Assembly: GCA_945906005.1 (NCBI GenBank)
Contig: CAMDQY010000001.1
Coordinates: 1 to 41,766, forward strand
Origin: Novosphingobium sp. Chol11
GTDB taxonomy: Bacteria > Pseudomonadota > Alphaproteobacteria > Sphingomonadales > Sphingomonadaceae
DNA: 41,766 bases
Reading direction: 5' to 3'
The notes under the pieces are model-generated. The model searched no databases. It had not been told where the DNA came from and saw only the letters and a list, made by a program, of their open reading frames with translations. A program made the translations under genes and the position numbers. Position 1 is the stretch's first letter. Every line of letters begins with the position of its first letter. This document shows positions 1-9,328 of the stretch, one piece after another.

Positions 1-1
1 C

Positions 2-442
2 AAGGGCATCGCCGCGATTCTCGCGCAGCAGTTCGAGGTCGGACGGCAGGTGATCGCCGGCGGGCTGATGCCGATGCTGGAGCCTGAGTACAACATCAAG
101 GCCGCCGACCGCGCCGAGGGTGAGAAGATCCTTCATGCCGAGATCCTGAAGAACCTCGATGCGCTGCCAGATGGCGAGCAGGTGATGCTCAAGCTCTCGA
201 TCCCGGTTCAGGCGAACCTCTACACCGATGTCATCGCTCATCCCAAGGTGCTTGCCGTGGTCGCGCTGTCGGGCGGCTACTCCACCGACGACGCCTGTGC
301 AGAGCTTGCCAAGAACAAGGGTATGATCGCCAGCTTCAGCCGCGGCCTGCTTCAGGACGTCCGCGCCCAGCAGAGCGATGCCGAGTTCGACAAGACGCTC
401 GGCGATGCGATTGACCAGATCTATCAGGCGAGCGTCGCTTGA
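2..442 (+). CDS. Fructose-bisphosphate aldolase class I, C-terminal part (runs off window start)
   Basis: Frame is open from base 2. Motifs PMLEPE, VMLKLSIP, VALSGGYS and ASFSRGL are typical of bacterial class I aldolase. Confidence 0.92.
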   Translation, partial: KGIAAILAQQFEVGRQVIAGGLMPMLEPEYNIKAADRAEGEKILHAEILKNLDALPDGEQVMLKLSIPVQANLYTDVIAHPKVLAVVALSGGYSTDDACAELAKNKGMIASFSRGLLQDVRAQQSDAEFDKTLGDAIDQIYQASVA

Positions 443-463
443 CGGAAAATGCTCGGGCTGAAG

Positions 464-871
464 TTATAGCCCGCCCATGAAGCGAAAGCCGAAGCGGTAA
501 TCGTCGGGCGCGCTTGCCGCTTCGCTGGATTTGGCGGGACGCACCTCGACCAGTTCGAGTGTGCCATCCGCTATCTGCTCAGGCTTGCCGCCCGTCAGTT
601 CGCGAACCGTGTCGCCGGTACCCATGTGAACTACTGCGCGAATCCGTACCTGTCCGGCCCAGACGCATTGCACGTTTGCGGGGCAGCGACTGTCCTCGAG
701 CAGTTCGAGCGGCGTCACCTGCGGTCCATCGACGGGAACGCGCTGGCCTAGCGCGGCCCATGCAAGGTTTGATGCTGGCGCCGGCTCCGAAGGATCGGCG
801 GGGCCAGCAGGTATGATCGTGCAAGCGGCAAGGACGAAGGGCAGGCTTGCTGCAAAAATCGCGTTTTTCAT
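464..871 (-). CDS. Hypothetical lipoprotein
   Basis: Signal peptide with lipobox VLAAC and a DSRCPANVQCVWAG two-Cys motif. Confidence 0.75.
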   Translation of the reverse strand: MKNAIFAASLPFVLAACTIIPAGPADPSEPAPASNLAWAALGQRVPVDGPQVTPLELLEDSRCPANVQCVWAGQVRIRAVVHMGTGDTVRELTGGKPEQIADGTLELVEVRPAKSSEAASAPDDYRFGFRFMGGL

Positions 872-913
872 GTCAGGCTTAAGCGCTCGAGCGCCTTAAC
901 CGTTCCCGAATGC

Positions 914-942
914 TTGGCGCAGCGGCGGCATGAGGGTAAAGG
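914..942 (+). promoter_or_regulatory. Putative sigma70 promoter for thiE (near-leaderless)
   Basis: TTGGCG (914-919), 17-bp spacer, TAAAGG (937-942), GC-rich discriminator, then ATG at 951 with no Shine-Dalgarno. Confidence 0.4.
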
Positions 943-950
943 CGCGCACC

Positions 951-1607
951 ATGTCCAAAACAACCCGTGCACAATGCCAACTCTACCTTATCTCGCCGCT
1001 CGATGTTGGCGGGCTCTTTCCGGCAAGGCTCGCCCGCGCCATCGACGCGGGTGAGGGAATGGTCGCGGCCTTCCAGTTTCGGGTGAAAGACGTGGACCAG
1101 CACGAATGCGCACGGCTTGCAGTGCCGTTGCAGCAGGTTTGCAGCGAGCGCGACGTCGCCTTCATCGTCAACGATTCGATTGCGCTGGCAAAGCGCCTGG
1201 GGGCGGATGGAGTGCATCTGGGTCAGGAGGACGGAACCGTCGCCGAAGCGCGCGAAGAATTGGGCCGGGAGGCGCAGATCGGCGTCACCTGTCACGACAG
1301 CCGCCACCTCGCCATGGCGGCGGGAGAGGCGGGGGCCGACTATGTCGCTTTTGGAGCATTCTTCCCGACCACTACCAAGGAGGTCAGCCACCAGGCCGAT
1401 CTCGAGACGCTGGAATGGTGGCAGCAGATCTTCGAGATTCCATGCGTCGCCATCGGCGGAATCACGCCCAAAAATTGCGCGCCGCTGATCGCGGCAGGAG
1501 CGGATTTCCTCGCGGTTTCGGGCGCTGTGTGGTCAGGCGACGAGGCGGCGGCAGTCCGCGCCTTCGCCAAGGCGATTTCCGAAGTCGATACTAGAGCTTG
1601 GCGATAA
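951..1607 (+). CDS. thiE: Thiamine-phosphate synthase
   Basis: LYLISP, QFRVKD, FIVND, DGVHLGQED, GADYVAFG, PTTTK and VAIGGI motifs. Start chosen at ATG 951. Confidence 0.95.
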   Translation: MSKTTRAQCQLYLISPLDVGGLFPARLARAIDAGEGMVAAFQFRVKDVDQHECARLAVPLQQVCSERDVAFIVNDSIALAKRLGADGVHLGQEDGTVAEAREELGREAQIGVTCHDSRHLAMAAGEAGADYVAFGAFFPTTTKEVSHQADLETLEWWQQIFEIPCVAIGGITPKNCAPLIAAGADFLAVSGAVWSGDEAAAVRAFAKAISEVDTRAWR

Positions 1608-2505
1608 CCTCTTCGCCGAAGCGGCGGGCATGATCGCACCATTCCGACACGCTGGTTGCATCGATGCTCGAGCCCGAAAGCACCGCACCAAGCTCCTTGT
1701 GGTGCGAATAGAGGTCGATCGCCTGCTGCGCGCTCCAATTGCCTGACAGGTTGAAGCCGCCCGCCATCATCAGGCCGGGACGGTCCTTGCGACCGATCTT
1801 GTCGCAATGCTCGTTCAAATAGGCGATGGCCTCGTTCATCTCCTCGTCATTGGAGATGTTGGCGGTGCGCGCGGTGTCGGAAATCGCCTTGGGAACGATG
1901 AACGGATACCAATAGTCGCCCAGTTCGGCGGTGCGGCGCAGCGCGCGCTTGGAATTACCACCGATGACGATGGGCGGGTGCGGCTTCTGCGTGGGGCTTG
2001 GCTGCACGGTGTTGCCCATGGCGATGTAGCCAGTGCCCTCGAAGGTGAAATCCTCGCCGGTCCAGCTTGCCTTCATCGCTCGGATATATTCGTCCATCAG
2101 GTCGTTGCGGCTGTCGAAATCGACGCCGAGCGCTTTGTATTCGGCTTTCAGGTAGCCCGCGCCCATCCCGAAGATGAAGCGTCCGCCGGTGAACCTGTCG
2201 AGAGACGAGACGGCGCGCGCGGTCACGAACGGATTGCGATAGGGCAGCACGGCGATGTTGGTCATCAGCTTGATGCGGCTCGTCACCCCGCCGACCAACC
2301 CGAGCATGACGAAAGGATCCTGCGCGAAATGCCCGCCCGCCGCCAGCCATCGCGAGCTCGGCACCGGATGGTCGGTGACGCTGGCCGCTCCGAAACCCGC
2401 CTCATCGGCTGCCTTTGCAACCTCTACGATCGCCTCGTGCGACCAGAAGGCATGGGCGGTCTCGACGTGGTCGATCGGCATGGCGACGGAAATGTCATAG
2501 GGCAT
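1591..2505 (-). CDS. LLM-class (luciferase-like) probable F420-dependent oxidoreductase
   Basis: AGFGAASVTDHP, DPFVMLG, VLPYRNP, GRFIFGMGAGYLKAEY and PPIVIGGNSKRALRR motifs; lies in the cof operon. Start trimmed to MPYDIS. Confidence 0.88.
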   Translation of the reverse strand: MPYDISVAMPIDHVETAHAFWSHEAIVEVAKAADEAGFGAASVTDHPVPSSRWLAAGGHFAQDPFVMLGLVGGVTSRIKLMTNIAVLPYRNPFVTARAVSSLDRFTGGRFIFGMGAGYLKAEYKALGVDFDSRNDLMDEYIRAMKASWTGEDFTFEGTGYIAMGNTVQPSPTQKPHPPIVIGGNSKRALRRTAELGDYWYPFIVPKAISDTARTANISNDEEMNEAIAYLNEHCDKIGRKDRPGLMMAGGFNLSGNWSAQQAIDLYSHHKELGAVLSGSSIDATSVSEWCDHARRFGEEVIAKL

Positions 2506-2554
2506 CGTGCGTGGTCCTGTTCGAATCGTCTTTGGGAAAACTGGGCGGGCAGGA

Positions 2555-3406
2555 TCAATCCTCTGGCGGAAGGATCCACTTGTTCTCGCTGGAGCGTACC
2601 CAGCCGCTCGACGCCCAGGTGCCGCCATCGACGGCAAGGGTCACGCCGGTGATATAGCTCGACATCGGCGAGGCGAGGAACACTGCGGCACGGCCGCATT
2701 CCTCCGCAATGCCGGCGCGGCCCATCGGGACGCGGCGGCGCAAGCCTTCGACCTGGGCCTCGTTTCGCTTGTACCAGATCGATTCGTCCACCGGGCCAGT
2801 AAGGTTGCCGCGGATGCCCGGCGTATCGGTCATGTCGGGCGCGATTGTGTTGATGCGGATATTATGCACGGCCAGCTCCACCGCGAGCGTGCGGGTGAGG
2901 TTGTTCACGCCAGCCTTGCACGCGGCATAGACCGCATAGTTGGGCGCCGCGCGTGATCCCTCGATGCTGGAGACGTTGACGATGGTGCCGCCTTCGCCGC
3001 GCTCGATCATGTCGTTGGCGGCAATCTGCGTGGCGATCACCGTGCTGACTAGGTTCAGCTCGATGTGGCGGCGGAAACTTGATTCCTTGAGGTCCACAAA
3101 CGCGCGTGGGGCAACGCCGCCCGCATTGTTGACGAGGATGTCGATGCGCCCGAAGCGCTCCTTGATCGCCTGCATCGCCTCGCGCAGCTTGTCGGCTTCC
3201 ATGACATTGCATTCGAGCGCGAGAACCTGCCGGCCGCGCTGGCCAACCAGTTCGCGCATCTGTTCGCAGCGCTCGGGGATCGATTCGATGATCGCGATGT
3301 CGGCCCCCATATCGGCCATGCACAGCGCGATGGCCCGCCCGATGCCGCCGCCGCCGCCGGTGATGACCGCAACCTTGCCGCTCAGATCGATATCGTTCTT
3401 GTCCAT
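2555..3406 (-). CDS. SDR family NAD(P)-dependent oxidoreductase
   Basis: TGGGGGIG, NNAG, NVSS and YAACK motifs. Confidence 0.93.
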   Translation of the reverse strand: MDKNDIDLSGKVAVITGGGGGIGRAIALCMADMGADIAIIESIPERCEQMRELVGQRGRQVLALECNVMEADKLREAMQAIKERFGRIDILVNNAGGVAPRAFVDLKESSFRRHIELNLVSTVIATQIAANDMIERGEGGTIVNVSSIEGSRAAPNYAVYAACKAGVNNLTRTLAVELAVHNIRINTIAPDMTDTPGIRGNLTGPVDESIWYKRNEAQVEGLRRRVPMGRAGIAEECGRAAVFLASPMSSYITGVTLAVDGGTWASSGWVRSSENKWILPPED

Positions 3407-3424
3407 TCTTCTCTCCCCGCGCGC

Positions 3425-4024
3425 TCAATCGATACCCAGCGCCGCTCTTGCATCCGGCAGGTCCGCCGGTTCGTCAACATCGCGTTCGAGCCCGCGGCTG
3501 AGAATCACTTCGACTGCGAGGCCAAGTCGTTCGCACTCCGCCTTGTGCCGGGCGAAGCTGTCTTCTCCGAAGGCGAAACGGAACCGGCGCGCGGTCGACA
3601 CGGGCAGCGACAGCGCATTGGTGCCGATCTCGTGTCTGTCCGGCGCAATCGCGACGGTGTCGGTCGGCGCGGCAGCCAGCAGATCGATTTCAGACGAGGT
3701 CACTTCGGGCAGGTCTGCGAACAGGATCAGCAGGCGCTCGGGCGGCGCTTGTTCGCCATCCAGCAATTGCGCCACAGCGGCTTTGATCGCCGTATTGAGT
3801 CCCCGGCCCGGATCGGCAAGCAGCGCGATCGTCTCGGGCAGTCCGAGCCGTGACGGTCCGACCAGAACCGTGCGCGTAACCTGCGATGCGCCCTGCGCGG
3901 CGGCAACGACGTGTTCGAGCATCGCGCCCACCAACGATTCCCGCTCATCGGGATCCAGCGCGCCGGCAAGTCGACTTTTCGCCGCGCCCGTGGATTTGAT
4001 GGGTATGACAGCCCAACAGGTCAC
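3425..4024 (-). CDS. cofC: CofC/FbiD guanylyltransferase (2-phospho-L-lactate/PEP guanylyltransferase)
   Basis: WAVIPIK..AKSRL, GLN, ADLP, PDRHEIGTNAL, FGEDSFARH and DVDEPADL motifs. GTG start overlaps the npdG stop (GTGA). Confidence 0.92.
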   Translation of the reverse strand: MTCWAVIPIKSTGAAKSRLAGALDPDERESLVGAMLEHVVAAAQGASQVTRTVLVGPSRLGLPETIALLADPGRGLNTAIKAAVAQLLDGEQAPPERLLILFADLPEVTSSEIDLLAAAPTDTVAIAPDRHEIGTNALSLPVSTARRFRFAFGEDSFARHKAECERLGLAVEVILSRGLERDVDEPADLPDARAALGID

Positions 4025-4683
4025 GGAATGGCCGGTGCCTCGGTGAGGTTGGTGAAGCGGATGCCCGCACCGTCCGCCTTGTAGGTCTTGTTCATGTAGA
4101 TGAGGATCGAGGTCAGCGCTTCTGCTGCGGCGGAATTGTTGAGCGAACCGCCAGAAAGACCGCGTAGCCCCATACCGGGGCATAGGCCGACCACGGTGTT
4201 GCGCGCCTCGACATCGTCGCTGAACACCAGCACGTCGCATTCAATCGCATGGTCGCTGTCGAGGTGGTGCGCCGAGACATTGTGGAACGCGGTGACAAAG
4301 CGCACGCCTTCTCCCAGGATTGCCTTGGCTTCGAGCGCGGCGCAGCCCGCGGCGGGAAGCTGCACCCGCATCACCTTGGGCGGCATCAGCGGCACGGTGG
4401 TATCGACGACGATTGCGGAACCGACCTTGTCCTTGATGAGGCCGAGCGTGTTCGCCTGCGATTCGTAGGGCACAGTGACGATCACGATGTCCTTGCCGAC
4501 AGCGGCATCTTCGTTCGCGGCATGGCCCAGCGTCAGGCCGAGCGATGCCATGTCCTCGGCAGCGGCCTTGGCCTTTTCCGCCGCGCGCGAGCCGATGGTC
4601 ACGTCATGGCCAGCCTTGGCCAGACGGCGCACGATGCCCCTGCCAAGGTCTCCGGTGCCGCCGATTACCGCTATCGATGCCAT
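4021..4683 (-). CDS. npdG: NADPH-dependent F420 reductase (Fno)
   Basis: IAVIGGTGDLG, VTIGSR, VPY, AFHNVSA, DVLV and EALTSILI motifs; cof context. Confidence 0.92.
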   Translation of the reverse strand: MASIAVIGGTGDLGRGIVRRLAKAGHDVTIGSRAAEKAKAAAEDMASLGLTLGHAANEDAAVGKDIVIVTVPYESQANTLGLIKDKVGSAIVVDTTVPLMPPKVMRVQLPAAGCAALEAKAILGEGVRFVTAFHNVSAHHLDSDHAIECDVLVFSDDVEARNTVVGLCPGMGLRGLSGGSLNNSAAAEALTSILIYMNKTYKADGAGIRFTNLTEAPAIP

Positions 4684-4803
4684 TGCCTGCCTGCTCCCGT
4701 AATTCCTGTTGCGTCAAAACGTGCTTTGCCCCTAGCGCCCGGTTGAAGACACGCAACTGTTAATCGGCTCGCAGGGCGGGCCGCAGCGGAGAACCCGATT
4801 CCC

Positions 4804-5577
4804 TTGGCCCACCTCAGCGCCATCACCCTGCCGGGCCTGCCGCTATTCGCTCCGGGCATGTCGGTCGCGCGCGAAATCGCAGCGGCGTTGGATCGTGCAG
4901 GGGAGCAATTGCGCAGCGAAGACGTGGTCGTCGTCGCGCAGAAGATCGTGTCCAAGGCCGAGGGGCAATTGGTGCGGCTTGCCGACGTGACCGTGAGCGA
5001 GGAAGCGCGGCGTATCTCCGCGGAAACCGAGCGCGATCCGGCGCATGTCCAACTCATCCTCGATGAAAGCAGCGACCTGCTGCGTGTAACCGTTCCCGCG
5101 ATCATTGCCCGCCAACGCACCGGCCATGTGCTTGCCAATGCGGGGATCGACGCTTCCAATGTGGCGGAGCCGGGGGAGGACACGGTGCTTCTCTGGCCGC
5201 TTGATCCCGATGCCAGTGCGCGGGCGATCCGCGACGAATTGCATGCTATCACTGGCGCTGCTCCGGCTGTGGTAATTGCAGATTCGATGGGCCGGGCATG
5301 GCGGATCGGGACCGTAGGCGCGGCGATCGGCTGTGCAGGCCTCATGGTACTGGAGGACCGGCGCGGCACTGGAAAAGACCTGTTTGGGCGAACCTTGCAG
5401 GCAACCGTCATCGCCATTGCTGACAGCTTGGCCGCCATGGCTGCACTGGCGATGGGCGAGGGCGACGAGGGCACACCTGTTGCCGTGGTGCGCGGGGCAG
5501 GGCGCTGGGTTACGCAAGGCCACGGCCCCGGAGCTGCGGCAGGATTACGCCCGATTGCCGAGGACATGTTCCGATGA
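4804..5577 (+). CDS. cofE: Coenzyme F420-0:L-glutamate ligase (single-domain CofE)
   Basis: [29 protein letters not shown] and [10 protein letters not shown] motifs; TTG start; no C-terminal nitroreductase domain. Confidence 0.93.
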   Translation: MAHLSAITLPGLPLFAPGMSVAREIAAALDRAGEQLRSEDVVVVAQKIVSKAEGQLVRLADVTVSEEARRISAETERDPAHVQLILDESSDLLRVTVPAIIARQRTGHVLANAGIDASNVAEPGEDTVLLWPLDPDASARAIRDELHAITGAAPAVVIADSMGRAWRIGTVGAAIGCAGLMVLEDRRGTGKDLFGRTLQATVIAIADSLAAMAALAMGEGDEGTPVAVVRGAGRWVTQGHGPGAAAGLRPIAEDMFR

Positions 5578-6521
5578 CCGGCCACATTCTCGCGTTTTCG
5601 GGTGGGGTCGGCGGTGCCAAGCTCGCGGCTGGCCTGTGCGCGGTGCTGCCGCCGGAACAGCTCACGCTTGTCGTCAATACGGGCGACGATTTCGAGCATC
5701 TGGGTCTGACGATCTGCCCAGACCTCGATTCGGTGACCTATGCGCTCGCGGGCCTCAACGACACCGTGCGCGGTTGGGGCGTTGCCGACGAGACTTGGCA
5801 GGCGATGGCGATGCTGTCGCAGCTTGGTGGCCCCGACTGGTTCAACCTCGGCGACCGTGACCTTGGCCTGCACCTGACGCGGGCCATGCATCTGCGCGCG
5901 CGCGAAAGCCTCAGCCAAGTGACCGAGCGTCTCACAGGGCAACTCGGCATTGCGCATCGGATCGCGCCGATGAGCGACGATCCGGTGCGCACCCAGGTCG
6001 AGACCGACATGGGTTGGCTCGATTTTCAGCATTATTTCGTGCGCGAGCAGTGTCGGCCGCAAGTGCGCGGCGTGCGGTTCGCCGGCGCCGATCAGGCGCG
6101 GCCATCGCCGGGTTTCGCTGAGGCGCTGGCGCGTGCCGATCTTGCGGCAGTTGTGGTCTGCCCGTCGAATCCCTGGCTCAGCGTCGATCCGATTCTTGCG
6201 CTTCCCGGCGTTCGGGACCGACTCAAGACGCTTTGCGTGCCGGTGATCGCCGTATCCCCGCTGGTTGGCGGTACCGCGCTCAAGGGGCCGCTGGCAAAGC
6301 TGATGGCCGAATTGGGCAAGCCAGTTTCCAACTTAGCGCTTGCCGCGCACTATGACGGGCTGCTCGACCATCTCGTGATCGACCAGGCCGACGCCGCCGA
6401 TGCCGCACTCTTGCGCAAATCCGGGCTTTGCGCCACGATCACGCAAACGGTGATGCGCGAAGCGCGAGACCGCGAGAGGCTGGCCAGCGAAATTCTCGCT
6501 ATTGTCGGCGGAGTGGACTGA
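5574..6521 (+). CDS. cofD: 2-phospho-L-lactate transferase CofD/FbiA
   Basis: [31 protein letters not shown] and PSNP motifs; ATGA overlap with cofE. Confidence 0.95.
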   Translation: MTGHILAFSGGVGGAKLAAGLCAVLPPEQLTLVVNTGDDFEHLGLTICPDLDSVTYALAGLNDTVRGWGVADETWQAMAMLSQLGGPDWFNLGDRDLGLHLTRAMHLRARESLSQVTERLTGQLGIAHRIAPMSDDPVRTQVETDMGWLDFQHYFVREQCRPQVRGVRFAGADQARPSPGFAEALARADLAAVVVCPSNPWLSVDPILALPGVRDRLKTLCVPVIAVSPLVGGTALKGPLAKLMAELGKPVSNLALAAHYDGLLDHLVIDQADAADAALLRKSGLCATITQTVMREARDRERLASEILAIVGGVD

Positions 6522-6526
6522 TACGG

Positions 6527-8851
6527 ATGAACACTGACGATACCCTGCTGATCGAGCGTCTGCTGACCACGCCGCTCGAAGACCTGATGGAAGAAGCGCG
6601 CGAACGCCGCGATGCAACCGGCAGGCGGGTGATGACCTATTCGCCCAAGGTCTTTATTCCGGTGACCCGTCTGTGCATGGACGTGTGCCACTACTGCACC
6701 TTTGCGACCACGCCTTCGCAGCTTTCAACGCCCTACATGAGCATGGAGGAGGTGCTCGAGGTCGCGAGAGCCGGGCAGGCGGCAGGCTGCAAGGAGGCCT
6801 TGCTGACCTTCGGCGATGCGCCCGAACGGCGCTATCAGGTCGCGCGCGACTGGCTGGCCGAGCGCGGCTATGCGCGCACCATCGACTATGTGCGCGATCT
6901 GGCCGAAGCGATCGTGAGCGAAACCGGCCTGTTGCCCCACATCAACGCTGGCCTGCTCGACGAGGCCGATTTTGCAATGTTGCGTGCAGTCGCCCCGTCA
7001 TGCGGGCTGATGCTCGAATCGACGTCCGAACGCCTTTGCGAAAAAGGGGGGGCGCATTTTGGTTCGCCCGACAAGGTCCCGGCTCTGCGCCTGGCTTCGC
7101 TCGAAGCGGCGGGCCGCGCGAAAATGCCGATGACCACGGGGATTCTCGTCGGTATCGGCGAGACACGTTTTGAGCGGATGGAATCGCTTATCGCATTGCG
7201 TGACCTGCATCTTGCGCACGGCCAGATTCAGGAAGTGATCGTCCAGAATTTCACTCCCAAGCCGGGAACCAAGATGGCTGGCGCGCTCGAGGCGAGCGAA
7301 GCCGATTTCCTTCGCGCGCTCGCCGCCGCGCGGATCGTCATGCCGCGCGAGGTTTCGGTGCAGGCACCGCCTAACCTCAATGACGAGCGGCTGGCCGAAC
7401 TGATCGATTGCGGCATCGACGATTGGGGTGGCATCTCGCCGGTAACGCTCGATCATGTGAACCCTGAAGCGCCGTGGCCGGAAATCGATCGCCTGCGCGC
7501 GGTCTGCGCGCGCGCTGGCATGCCGCTGGCCGAACGGCTGACGGTCTATCCGCGCTTCATCGATCTGGACGATGGCGCGTGGCTCGACCCGGCGATCCGC
7601 CCGGCGGTGTTCAAGCTGTCCGATTCCGAAGGGCTGGCGCGCGACACCAATTGGAGCCCCGGCCTCGCCATGGAAACTCCGGGTAGTCCGGACAAGCCGC
7701 TTGGCTTTCATTATGAAGGCGCGGCGCGGCTCGATCTGCGGCGCATCATTTCGCGCGCGGCCAATGGCTATGAGCTGGGCGAGCATGACATCGTCACCCT
7801 GTTCGAGGCGCGCGGTGCCGATGCGCAGGCGGTGATCGACGCCGCCGACGGCCTGCGCGCCGATGCGATGGGCGAAACCGTGACCTATGTGGTAAACCGC
7901 AACATCAACTATACCAACATCTGCACCTACGCCTGCACGTTCTGCGCCTTTTCCAAGACCTCGATCAAGGCGGGATTCCGCGACAAGCCCTATAACCTCG
8001 ACCTCGAAGAAGTGGCCGAGCGCGCCCGCGAAGCCGTGGCCAAGGGTGCAACCGAGGTCTGCCTGCAAGGCGGTATTCACCCGAGCTATACGGGCGATAC
8101 CTATTCGAGCATCGTCCGCGCAGTGAAAGCGGCCTGCCCAGACCTTCATATCCATGCCTTCTCGCCACTGGAAATTGCCCAAGGCGCGGCCACGCTGGGC
8201 GTAAGCCCGCGCGATTATCTGATGCGACTCAAGGATGACGGGCTGGGCTCGCTGCCGGGAACATCGGCGGAAATCCTCTGCGACGATATTCGCGCGCAGA
8301 TCTGCTCCGACAAGCAGACCACCCAGGAATGGCTCGATGTGGTGCGCGATGCGCATCTCGTTGGCCTGCCGACCACCTCGACGATCATGTTCGGCCATCT
8401 TGAGCGGCCGGTGCACTGGGCGCGCCACCTGCTCGAACTGCGCCATCTGCAGGGCGATACCGGTGGCATCACCGAATTCGTGCCGCTCCCGCTCGTGCAC
8501 ATGGAAGCGCCGATGTACCGGCGCGGGCAGAGCCGCAAGGGCCCGACCTGGCGCGAATCGATGATGATGCACGCGGTTTCGCGCATTGCCCTGTTCGGCG
8601 AGATCAACTCGATCCAGTGTTCATGGGTAAAACTAGGCGTCGATGGTGCAGCGGCGGCGCTGGCTGCGGGCTGCAACGATCTGGGCGGCGTGCTGATGAA
8701 CGAATCGATCAGTCGCGCTGCTGGCGCGGCGCACGGGCAAGACCTCAGCGTCGATGATCTGATCCGCGCCTCGCAAATGGCGGGACGTCCGCTTGCGCAG
8801 CGCAGCACGCTCTACAAGCGGGTCGATGTTCCGATGGATGCGTTGGCCTAA
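6527..8851 (+). CDS. fbiC: Bifunctional FO synthase (CofG-CofH fusion, two radical SAM domains)
   Basis: Two CxxxCxxC motifs (CMDVCHYC and CTYACTFC), plus TYSPKVF, DDWGGISP, VVNRNINYTN and LPGTSAEIL. Start trimmed to ATG 6527. Confidence 0.95.
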   Translation: MNTDDTLLIERLLTTPLEDLMEEARERRDATGRRVMTYSPKVFIPVTRLCMDVCHYCTFATTPSQLSTPYMSMEEVLEVARAGQAAGCKEALLTFGDAPERRYQVARDWLAERGYARTIDYVRDLAEAIVSETGLLPHINAGLLDEADFAMLRAVAPSCGLMLESTSERLCEKGGAHFGSPDKVPALRLASLEAAGRAKMPMTTGILVGIGETRFERMESLIALRDLHLAHGQIQEVIVQNFTPKPGTKMAGALEASEADFLRALAAARIVMPREVSVQAPPNLNDERLAELIDCGIDDWGGISPVTLDHVNPEAPWPEIDRLRAVCARAGMPLAERLTVYPRFIDLDDGAWLDPAIRPAVFKLSDSEGLARDTNWSPGLAMETPGSPDKPLGFHYEGAARLDLRRIISRAANGYELGEHDIVTLFEARGADAQAVIDAADGLRADAMGETVTYVVNRNINYTNICTYACTFCAFSKTSIKAGFRDKPYNLDLEEVAERAREAVAKGATEVCLQGGIHPSYTGDTYSSIVRAVKAACPDLHIHAFSPLEIAQGAATLGVSPRDYLMRLKDDGLGSLPGTSAEILCDDIRAQICSDKQTTQEWLDVVRDAHLVGLPTTSTIMFGHLERPVHWARHLLELRHLQGDTGGITEFVPLPLVHMEAPMYRRGQSRKGPTWRESMMMHAVSRIALFGEINSIQCSWVKLGVDGAAAALAAGCNDLGGVLMNESISRAAGAAHGQDLSVDDLIRASQMAGRPLAQRSTLYKRVDVPMDALA

Positions 8852-8858
8852 GAGGGCG

Positions 8859-9314
8859 TTACCCGCGCCACATTGATTCGGGCATCCAGGTGAACTCGAT
8901 GTAGTGGCCGAGCTTCTCGCGCGCATCGACATAGATGGCTTTCACCTGGCCTTCGCCCAGATCGTATTCCATCGCCACGGGAAATTGCGAAGCGTCCACT
9001 TCGGCACGCAGCGCAGCCCAGTCGTCCACCCGGCAGCATGTGTGATGGAAACGCACCGCGCCGCCATTGTCGGCGGCATTGGCATAGACCCCGGTCTCAT
9101 CGTTGATCGGCTGGATCAGTTCGTAGGTGAGGCCATTCATGCGGAAGATCGCCACCTTCATCTCGACATTCTTGATCCCGTCCGGCGTATTCGTGGGACC
9201 ATTCGAATGCATGATCCGCGGCTCCTTGGCGAGCCCGGCAGCCTTGAAAGCCTCGATAGCCGTTTCGATGTCATCGCAGACATAGGCGTTCTGGAAGTGC
9301 TTTCCTGCAAACAT
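8859..9314 (-). CDS. VOC (glyoxalase/methylmalonyl-CoA epimerase-like) family protein
   Basis: FQNAYVCDDIE, YELIQP, FHH and GHYIE metal-ligand pattern. Confidence 0.8.
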   Translation of the reverse strand: MFAGKHFQNAYVCDDIETAIEAFKAAGLAKEPRIMHSNGPTNTPDGIKNVEMKVAIFRMNGLTYELIQPINDETGVYANAADNGGAVRFHHTCCRVDDWAALRAEVDASQFPVAMEYDLGEGQVKAIYVDAREKLGHYIEFTWMPESMWRG

Positions 9315-9328
9315 CGCGAATCTCTCCC

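Noticed and set aside
6998-8572. 524-aa antisense ORF over fbiC, and similar long ORFs at 4671-6062, 16583-18037, 12585-13481 and 32560-33558
   Set aside because: These are shadow ORFs produced by high GC3 on or opposite well-supported genes; they are Arg/His-rich with no recognisable motifs.
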